A DNA stretch of 40,975 bases from Candidatus Limnocylindria bacterium (GTDB taxonomy: Bacteria > Chloroflexota > Limnocylindria > QHBO01): NCBI GenBank assembly GCA_036375355.1, contig DASURX010000135.1, positions 1 to 40,975 of the forward strand, in the 5' to 3' direction. The translations under genes were made by a program, and so were the position numbers. Position 1 is the stretch's first letter; the number at the start of each line of letters is the position of its first letter. Shown one piece after another: positions 16,263 through 24,400 of this stretch. Below the pieces are notes generated by a model, which ran no database searches, was not told the origin of the DNA, and saw only the letters and a list, made by a program, of their open reading frames with translations.

Positions 16263-18485
16263 ATGAGCAAGCGACTGGGGACCAGGATCGGGCTGCCGGC
16301 GCAGGAGGATCGCCTGCCTGGCGCCCTGGACGTGGTGCGCTTCCACGAGCCGACGGTGGGCGCGCTGGCCCGCACGAAGGGCAGCCTGTTCCTCCTCGCC
16401 CAGCTCACCGGCGGCGACCAGGCCCTGGCGCGCGCCACGCGCGAGGCGCTGGAGCAGATCGAGCACGACTACTACTACGACCTGTCGGTCGGGCCGCTCG
16501 GCGCACTGGCCAAGGCCCTGGCCAACGCCAACCGGCGCCTGTATCACGGACGCGGCCGGCTCGGCATCCCGCGACGGGCCGGGGTGAGCGTCATCGCGGT
16601 GGCCATCCAGGGCCGGGAGGCGCACGCCGCCAAGCTCGGCCCGGCCGCCGCGGTCGTCCTGCGCGGGGGCCGCATGTACGAGGTGCCGCCGCCACCCGCC
16701 GTCCACGAGGAGGACCCGCGCGTCCGCGAGCGGCGCGTGGCCGCGACCCTCGGCGAGGCGCTCGAGATTCAGCCCTACACCTGGCACGGGGAGCTGGCGC
16801 CAGGCGACCGCCTGGCGCTGGTGAGCCGCAACCTGGCGCACGTGGTCGGGGTCGAGGAGCTGATGCGCGCCCTCGCCACCCTGCGGCCCGCGGCGGCGGT
16901 GGAGCACCTCGAGCGAGTGTTCCAGATCAGGGGCGGGCACGGCTCGGACGGGGTGCTCGCGATCGAGATCACCGAGCTGACGCCCACCACCACGACCCAC
17001 CAGCTGGAGCCGGTGCGGCCGGCCGAGCCGCTGGCCGGCCTCCCTGACCAGAGCCCGGTGCCCCTGGCCGACGCGATCGGAAAGCTGCTGCACCGCATCG
17101 GCGACGGGATCGATGCCGGGCAGGCGGCACTCGGCCGCGGGATCCTGTACGGCTTCAACTTCCTGCTCGCATTCGTGCCGCGGCGCCGGCCGGGGTACCC
17201 GCGCCAGATCCTGCGCACGCAGGTCGTGGAGGAGGGCCGCCGGCGGCGGCTGGGGATGGCGGGCATGGTCCTGCTGGCCGGCGTGATGGCGGTCGGAAGC
17301 ACCGTTGCCAGCCTGCCCACCGCGCGGCCAACCGAGGCCATCCCGCGGGCGCTGATCGCGCGCGAGGCGATTGAGGAGGCGCAGTCGCTGATCGCCCAGG
17401 TGCAGAAGCGGGAAGACGGAAAGACGCTGCTGCAGCGCGCCCCGGACACGGCCAGGGACCTGTTGAACCAGGCGTTCGCCGCGGTGCAGCGGGCGACGGA
17501 CGCGGGGGTGCCGAGCGGTGCCCTCGACCGCCTGCGCGACCGGGTGGACGCCGGCCTGGACACGCTCTACGCCGTGGCGCGCCTTGGCGAGGCGACGACC
17601 GTGGTCGACCTGGCCGCAGCCTTCGAGGAGATCGATCCGCTGGATATGGTGATCGCCGGCGACGGCTCGGCCTGGGTCATCGAGGATGCCCGCGGCCGGG
17701 TGATCCACGTCGACCCGGTGAGCGGCGAGGCGACCGTCGTGCTGCGCTCGGGACAGGCGGTCGGGGAGCTGACGGCGGGTGCGCCCTGGATGATCGCCAC
17801 CGCCGCGACGGACGTGGTGGTGATCGACCGCCAGCGACAGGCGTGGCGCTTCGACCTTACCGAGCGCGAGCCGCGGCCGCTGACCATCCCGGGCCTGGAC
17901 GCGCTGGCACCCGCCAGCCACCTGCTGGCGGCGCTGCAGCATCGGCCTCCGCTGGAGATCTTCAACCTGTATGCGGTCGACGCCGCGACCGGCATGGTCG
18001 ACAAGTGGTCGCCCGCCAACGTCGTGCCCGTGGTCTACCCGACGCCGCCCGAACCGTTTCTGGTCGAGGAGGCGGACCTCTCGCCGGCGAGCGCCCGCGA
18101 CCTGTTCGTGGACGTCAACATGTGGCTCCTGCAGCGCACCACGCTGACCCGGGTCAACTTCGGCGTGCCGCAGTCGCAGGAGGACTACTCGCTCGACCCG
18201 CCGCCGGACGCGGAGGTGCGCGCCGCGCTCGACTACCGCCTGCTCGACGGCGCCACGGTCGGGGATCGCGAGCTCTTCTACGTGTACGACGCGGCCAACG
18301 CGCGGATCATCGCCTTCCAGCGCGCCGACGGGGCGTTCGTGCGGCAATGGCTCGCGCCGCGGCGCGGCGAGGCCGCCGGCGTGCTGGACGAGGTGCTGGC
18401 CATGAGCGTCGCATCGGTGGCGGACGGACCGCCCTTTGCCCTGCTGCTGACCCCCAATCGCGTCGTCCGCGTCGTCCTCGAGTAG
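16263..18485 (+). CDS. Membrane-anchored PP2C-like pseudophosphatase with a large C-terminal beta-rich (propeller-like) domain
   Basis: The N-terminal roughly 230 aa align by eye to the PP2C/PstP motifs, but the metal-binding Asp residues are replaced. There is a TM segment (LGMAGMVLLAGVMAVGSTVASL) and a repetitive beta-strand-like C-terminus. Confidence 0.7.
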   Translation: MSKRLGTRIGLPAQEDRLPGALDVVRFHEPTVGALARTKGSLFLLAQLTGGDQALARATREALEQIEHDYYYDLSVGPLGALAKALANANRRLYHGRGRLGIPRRAGVSVIAVAIQGREAHAAKLGPAAAVVLRGGRMYEVPPPPAVHEEDPRVRERRVAATLGEALEIQPYTWHGELAPGDRLALVSRNLAHVVGVEELMRALATLRPAAAVEHLERVFQIRGGHGSDGVLAIEITELTPTTTTHQLEPVRPAEPLAGLPDQSPVPLADAIGKLLHRIGDGIDAGQAALGRGILYGFNFLLAFVPRRRPGYPRQILRTQVVEEGRRRRLGMAGMVLLAGVMAVGSTVASLPTARPTEAIPRALIAREAIEEAQSLIAQVQKREDGKTLLQRAPDTARDLLNQAFAAVQRATDAGVPSGALDRLRDRVDAGLDTLYAVARLGEATTVVDLAAAFEEIDPLDMVIAGDGSAWVIEDARGRVIHVDPVSGEATVVLRSGQAVGELTAGAPWMIATAATDVVVIDRQRQAWRFDLTEREPRPLTIPGLDALAPASHLLAALQHRPPLEIFNLYAVDAATGMVDKWSPANVVPVVYPTPPEPFLVEEADLSPASARDLFVDVNMWLLQRTTLTRVNFGVPQSQEDYSLDPPPDAEVRAALDYRLLDGATVGDRELFYVYDAANARIIAFQRADGAFVRQWLAPRRGEAAGVLDEVLAMSVASVADGPPFALLLTPNRVVRVVLE

Positions 18486-18501
18486 GGCCTAGAATCGGTC
18501 C

Positions 18502-19050
18502 ATGGACGAGCCACTGGGCCGGGTGCGGCTGATCGAGATGGTGGTGGAGAGCGTGCGCGTCCACATGCTCTCCAGCCAGCACGTGGTGATCCTCAAGGAG
18601 TCCGAGCGGGACCGATACCTCCCCATCTGGATCGGCCCGTCGGAGGCGAACGCCATCGCCATGCGGCTGCAGGGCCTCTCCGCCGAGCGGCCGCTGACCC
18701 ACGATTTGGTGGTCAGCATCCTGGGTGCGCTCTCCTCGTCGGTGAGCCGGGTGGTGGTCACCCACGTGACCGACGGCACCTTCCATGCCCGCCTCTACCT
18801 GGAGGCGGCCGACGGCAGCGAGGCGGAGATCGACTCCCGCACCAGCGACGCCATCGCGGTGGCGGTGCGCACTGGCTCCACGATCTACGTCGACGAGCGG
18901 GTGCTCGACGAGGCCGGCGTCGAGCCGGAGCACGAGGAGGGCGGCGACGAGACGGACGAGAAGCTGGCCGTCTTCCGCGAGTTCGTGAACTCGCTCGATG
19001 TCGACCTGGAGAGCGGCGAGAAGGGCCCGCCTGGCGAGGAGCAGGGCTAG
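18502..19050 (+). CDS. Bifunctional nuclease family (DUF151/BFN) protein with an acidic tail
   Basis: The translation reads HVVILKESERDRYLPIWIGPSEANAIAMRLQG...RPLTHDL...FHARLYL, a typical BFN core. Confidence 0.8.
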   Translation: MDEPLGRVRLIEMVVESVRVHMLSSQHVVILKESERDRYLPIWIGPSEANAIAMRLQGLSAERPLTHDLVVSILGALSSSVSRVVVTHVTDGTFHARLYLEAADGSEAEIDSRTSDAIAVAVRTGSTIYVDERVLDEAGVEPEHEEGGDETDEKLAVFREFVNSLDVDLESGEKGPPGEEQG

Positions 19051-19805
19051 CCCCGCAGGACCGCCTCTCTATCGGTCCACAGGCGCCAGCGCAGCACCCC
19101 CAGGTCACGGAAGGTGCGCAGGATCTTGGTGAAGCTCGCCCCCGTGTTGGTGCCCGCCGCACGCGGGAAGTGGTTGACGCCGACCTGCGCCATCTTCACG
19201 CCTCGGGCGCGCAGCTTGATGAGCAGCTCGGCCGACAGGAACGGACCGTCGGCCTCCAGCCGCAGGCCGTCGAACACCTCGCGCCGGAACAGCTTCATGG
19301 CGCAGTCGATGTCGCGCACCCGCAGCCCAAAGGCGGCCGACACGATCGCGTTGTAGGTCTTGGCGATGAAGATCCGATGGAAGGGATCGCGCCGCTTGAT
19401 GCGAAAGCCGATGACCGCGTCGACCGGCTTGCGGGCATCGTCCAGCCGTACCAGCAGGCGCTCCATCTCGGCCAGGTCGAACTGCAGGTCGCCGTCGCTG
19501 AAGCCGATGAGCTCGCCGCGCGCGTTGGCGAAGCCCGCCTTCAGCGCGCCGCCGTAGCCGCGGTTGGGCTGATGGTGGACTCGCACCCGCTCGTCGGCCG
19601 TGGCCAGCGCATCGGCCAGCTGCGGGGTCCCGTCCGATGAGCCGTCGTCGACGATCAGCACTTCGAGCGAGCCGCCGACGAGCGGTCCCAGCTGCTGGAG
19701 GGCGAGCTCGACGGTGCGCTCGACGTTCTCCTCCTCGTTGAAGGCCGGGAAGAAGAAGGTCAGGCGCGGGCGGCCGGGCGGCGGGGTCGCCACGGGCTCG
19801 GTCAC
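19047..19805 (-). CDS. GT2 family glycosyltransferase, polyprenol/dolichol-phosphate sugar synthase-like
   Basis: The motifs FFFPAFNEEENV, LIVDDGSSDGT, NRGYGGALKAGF and GFSDGDLQFD are present. Its GTGA overlaps the upstream GT-C gene. Confidence 0.88.
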   Translation of the reverse strand: MTEPVATPPPGRPRLTFFFPAFNEEENVERTVELALQQLGPLVGGSLEVLIVDDGSSDGTPQLADALATADERVRVHHQPNRGYGGALKAGFANARGELIGFSDGDLQFDLAEMERLLVRLDDARKPVDAVIGFRIKRRDPFHRIFIAKTYNAIVSAAFGLRVRDIDCAMKLFRREVFDGLRLEADGPFLSAELLIKLRARGVKMAQVGVNHFPRAAGTNTGASFTKILRTFRDLGVLRWRLWTDREAVLRG

Positions 19806-21439
19806 TTGCGGCCCTCGATGCGGAGCAGGTCGGTATAGCCGGGGTAGGTGGAGACGGTCGTCGTCTCCCAGCGGGCGAGGATGCGCTCGACCTCCCAGTG
19901 GGGCGGCACCACGTACACCGGGCGGCGCCCCAGGTAGGCCTGGATCGCGGCATCGATCGTACCGTACCCGTCGTCGATGATGTTCCGCTCGTCGATGATC
20001 TTGACGTCAGGCCGTTCGCCCAGCACCCAGCGGTGGTACCACAGCGGCGTGCTGTAGCTCCACCAGCTGACCAGCACCGCATCGGCCGGGAGGGCTTCCT
20101 GGACCGATGCCACCCACGCATCGGCATCCCGGTTGGCGGCGGACTCGGACCGTTCCCCGTAGAGCGTGATGAGCCCCGCCGCCGGGAGCATCGCCCCGAA
20201 GAGCACGACCGCGGCACCCGCTGCGATGGCCGCGCGACGGCGCCCGACGAGCCCCAGCGTGCGGCGAGTGGCCTCCGCGAAGGCGCGGCCGCTGGCCGCC
20301 GAGAAGGCGCTCACCGCCACGCCGATGAGCACCGCGCCGACCAGCACGGTCAGCATGTAGTACCGGTCGATGTCGCCGTCCTGGAAGTTCATCGAGTACG
20401 CCACGTTGGCCGCGACTAACAGGCCCAGAAATGCCAGCGCGCGCGGGTCGCGGACCACCATGACCGCCGCGCCCAGCGCCGCCACCAGCCAGCCGGGGCC
20501 GACGAACTGCGCTGCCAGGATGCGGTCGGCATCGGCCCACTTGAAGCCCAGGTTGCTCAACGGGTCCGAGAACGGGTCGAACAGGTGGGAGAACTGCTCG
20601 GCGAAGACCAGGTAGCGGAAGCGCTCCCAGGTGTTGGGATGGGCGTAGAAGAGGGGCGGCTCCGGCGGCGTCAGGGCCCGGATCGGGATGTAGGCGTAGA
20701 CGGCAAGGCCGATGGCCAGGCACAGCGCGCAGCCGAGCACCAGGCGCCAGCGGCGCCAGATGCGCGCGTCCACAAGGAACAGCCAGGCGGCGATCCCGAA
20801 GGCCATCAGGCCGGTGAGCGGATGGTTGCCCATGCCCAGTCCGAAGACGAGCGCCGCGGCCATCAGCCAGCGACCCGGGCGTGGCGCGCCGCTCCACTCC
20901 GCTGAGCGCCAGCTGACCAGCAGCCATACCAGCAGCGCCACGACCAGGATGTGCAGGGCGTGGACATCGGCGCGCAGGGCATTGCGCCACGGCTCGGAGG
21001 CGAAGGCAAATCCCAGGCCGGCGATGGCCGATACCGCCGCGACCGTCAGCCGATGCCGCTCCTCCAGCAGCTGCGCGGCGATGAGCACCACCAGGCCCGC
21101 GGAGAGGGCCACGCACACCGCCGACAGCAGGTTCATCCGCCAGGCGACCTCGCCCCAGGGCAGGGCGTGCGACCACAGCCAGCCGACGAGCGTGTAGGTC
21201 GGGAAGCCGGTGGGGTGGAAGATGGACAGCGTGTACGGCACCGTCTGCGCCTCGGCGGTGTCCCAGAAGCCGATCGATGGCAGCAGCGTGCGCAGGTAGA
21301 TGGCGAACGCCACCAGCGCGACCGCCACCGCGGCCCAGGTCACCTCGGCCGTGGCGTAGGGCAGCACCGGGCCGCCCCGGCGCGCGGCAACTCGCTCCGG
21401 GTCGGGAGCGTCCGGAGCTCGATGTATACTCACCGCCAC
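19802..21439 (-). CDS. DUF2723 / TMEM260-like GT-C membrane glycosyltransferase
   Basis: It is multi-TM. The first loop reads IGFWDTAEAQTVPYTLSIFHPTGFPTY, matching the DUF2723 D..E / HP.G.P signature. A soluble C-terminal domain follows. Confidence 0.8.
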   Translation of the reverse strand: MAVSIHRAPDAPDPERVAARRGGPVLPYATAEVTWAAVAVALVAFAIYLRTLLPSIGFWDTAEAQTVPYTLSIFHPTGFPTYTLVGWLWSHALPWGEVAWRMNLLSAVCVALSAGLVVLIAAQLLEERHRLTVAAVSAIAGLGFAFASEPWRNALRADVHALHILVVALLVWLLVSWRSAEWSGAPRPGRWLMAAALVFGLGMGNHPLTGLMAFGIAAWLFLVDARIWRRWRLVLGCALCLAIGLAVYAYIPIRALTPPEPPLFYAHPNTWERFRYLVFAEQFSHLFDPFSDPLSNLGFKWADADRILAAQFVGPGWLVAALGAAVMVVRDPRALAFLGLLVAANVAYSMNFQDGDIDRYYMLTVLVGAVLIGVAVSAFSAASGRAFAEATRRTLGLVGRRRAAIAAGAAVVLFGAMLPAAGLITLYGERSESAANRDADAWVASVQEALPADAVLVSWWSYSTPLWYHRWVLGERPDVKIIDERNIIDDGYGTIDAAIQAYLGRRPVYVVPPHWEVERILARWETTTVSTYPGYTDLLRIEGRK

Positions 21440-21487
21440 CTTGGTTTGCGAGACCTGCCGGCGCCGGTGAGCGAGGCGCCGGGAGCG

Positions 21488-24400
21488 ATGACCCGCGACT
21501 CCGTGAGGGAGCGGGGCGCGTGGCCATTCGGTCTGCGCGTGCCGCGCGACCCCGCGACCGCGGTCATCCTCATCATCGTTGCTGGCGTGCTCCTGCGCGT
21601 CCTGCTTGCGGGCGTGCTGCTGCCGCTGAGCGGGTTCCGCATCGACGTCGTGGACTTCTCGGCCTGGGCGCAGCGGCTGGCCGACGGGGGACCCGGCGCA
21701 TTCTACGAAACCGGCTACTTCAGCGACTATCCTCCCGGCTACCTCTACGTGCTGTGGGTCATCGGATCGGTTGGCAAGGCCCTCCAGCCGCTGACCTTCG
21801 GCGTCGACGTCACCCCCGGCCTGGTCAAGCTCCCCGGCCTGCTGGCCGATGTCGGCGTGGCCTGGCTGCTGTTCGCGTACTGCCGCCGCTTCCTGCCCGG
21901 GCTGGGCGGCTGGTCCGGCGAGCGGATCGGGATGATCGCGGCGGCCATCTACGTCCTCAACCCCGGCACGATCTTCAACTCAGCGGTGTGGGGCCAGGTC
22001 GACTCGGTCGGGGCGCTGGTGGTGCTCGGCACGCTTTACCTGCTTGCCCGCGGCTGGACCGAGGCGGCCAGCGTGGCGGCCGTCCTCGCCCTGCTCGTCA
22101 AGTTCCAATACGCGTTCGTCATCCCGATCGTGGCCATCGTCGGGATCAAGCGGCACCTCTTCGGCCGCTCCACCGACCCCGAGCTTGACGGACGGCCCGA
22201 TCCGCTGCGGGTCCTGACGTCGCTGGCCGCGGGCCTGGGCACGCTGGTCGGGCTGATCTGGCCCTTCGGCATGGCCGTCTGGTCCCCCAGCCAGCCGAGC
22301 CATAGCCTGATCGACAAGTTCGTCGCGGCCGCGAACCAGTACAAGGGCCTCACCATCAACGGCTTCAACTGGTGGCGCAACCCGTGGAGCGGGCTCGGCG
22401 ACACGATCACCTGGGGCTGCGACGCACCGAACCCTCCCGGATGCACGGATGGTGCCGGGATCGCCTTCACCATCGGCTCATCGGCCGTCAGCTGGCAGTT
22501 GGTGGGCACCGTCCTGTTCGTGCTGGTCGCGCTCGTCGCGTACTGGTACGTGGCCCGGCGCGACGACGCCGTGGGCCTGCTCGACGCCAGCCTGGTGCTG
22601 GCGGTGGCCTTCTTCGCGCTGCCGACGCGGGTTCACGAGCGCTACCTCTTCCCGGCGCTGGCGCTCGCTGCGCCGCTCGTGGCGCGCGGCTGGCGCTGGG
22701 CGGTGCTCTACGGCCTGCTGGCGCTGTCCTTCTTCGCCAACGTGTACTGGGTCTACACCGCCGACTGGTCGTTCGCCGGCGACCCGCCCATGAACCCCGG
22801 CGTCGGCGGCCTGCCGATGACTCGCGACCCGTTCCTGGCCGGCACGCTCTTCAGCGACTGGGGCATCTACCTGCTCTCCTGGATGAGCCTGCTCCTGCTC
22901 GGCTTGCTGGTCTGGCGCACTTCGCGCCTCGCCTGGCGGGGCGTGCCGCTGCCGGAGCGCGCGCCACTGGCCGCGGCCGCCGGCCCTCCGCCACAGGCTG
23001 TGGGCGCTCCATCGGTCGACGACCTGCCCGTGGCCGACCCCGGCGGCTACGAGGGCGGGCCGCTCGAGCGGCTGCGCGCCTGGCTGCGCCCGGACCCGAG
23101 CGACCCGTACCTGCGCGAGAAGCCGCGACGCCTGGACCGGCTGGACGTGGCGCTGGTCATCGGCCTGGTGCTGCTCGCCTTCGCGTTCCGCCTGTGGCGG
23201 CTCGACACGCCGCGCGGCATGCACTTCGACGAGGTCTACCACGCCCGCTCCGCGACCGAGTGGCTGGCCGACTGGCAGGAGGGCTGGACGCGCGACACGT
23301 ACGAGTGGACGCATCCGATGCTGGCCAAGTACCTCATCGCGGCGGGCATCGTGCTGGCGGACCCGAACAAGGTGGTGGCCGCGACGGAGGTCGAGGAGCC
23401 TATCAGCGCCCTGGCGATCGCTCCGCAGCGGACCGCCTACAGCCGGCCGATCTCGGTGGCCTTCACGGCGGCCGGCGGCACGACGATCACGGCACGCAAC
23501 GCGGTGAGCGGGGAGGTGATCGCCCGCTGGGACGCCCCGGCGGCGGTGGCCAGCCTGGGCTACGACCCGGACAGCGAGCGGCTGCTCGTCGGTCCGGTCG
23601 CGGGCGGGGACGTGACGATCTACGACCTGGCGGCCTTCCTCTCCTCGCGCGGGGAGCGCTCGCCCCCGCCAGTGACGCAGAGCATCCCGACCGGGCTGGC
23701 CGGAGTCGTGGAGATCCAGGTGCCCGACGCCCAGGCCGTGGTGCTATTCCGCGGCCCCGATGGCCTGGTCGAAGTCGAGCGCGTGACCGGCGCGGAGCTG
23801 GCGCGGAGCGAGATTCGCGCCGGCGGGATGGGCTACCTGCCGGGGACCAGCAGCGACGACGCCGAGGGACCGATGGTCGTCGTCACCGACATGGACCGCG
23901 GCGTCCTGGCGGTGCTCGACGGCGGGACGCTGCAGCCGCTGCGCGCCGGCACCGGCGACCGGATCGAGGAGCTCCCGGCACCGCCGGTCGGGCCGCTCGC
24001 CCTCCAGGGCGGCGGCAACGACCTGCAGGTTTTCGTGCTGGTCGGCGCGCTGCCCGCCAATGACCAGCACCCGGCGGTCGAGGGCGGCATGGCCGTCTTC
24101 GACCAGCGCGTCAACCTGATCGACACGGCGCCGCTGCCCGGGGCCCCGAAGCTGATCGGCTGGCAGGCAGCGTCCGATGCCAGCGTCTGCGGCTCGGCGG
24201 TGGGCGGCTGCGGCTGGCTGATCTACGTCGCCGGCGACGATGCCTCCAGCGGGCAGCCGGCGGTGTGGGCGGTGCAGCCCATCGGCACCAGCGCCAACCA
24301 GGCCTCCGGCTTCGCCGCCTTCGACACCACGCTGCTGCCCGGCGAGCCGACCGCCATGGCGTTCGACGTCAACAACCACGACCAGGACGACGACCACGCC

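Noticed and set aside
19047-19050. Convergent genes sharing the palindromic tetranucleotide CTAG as both stop codons
   Set aside because: The overlap is real but trivial at 4 nt, and no functional implication can be argued from the sequence.
20951-21487. The upstream 179 codons of the ORF-track entry 20951-26182
   Set aside because: This part overlaps the divergent DUF2723 gene in antisense and translates to Arg/Gly-rich sequence. A coherent N-terminus with the first TM helix starts at ATG 21488.
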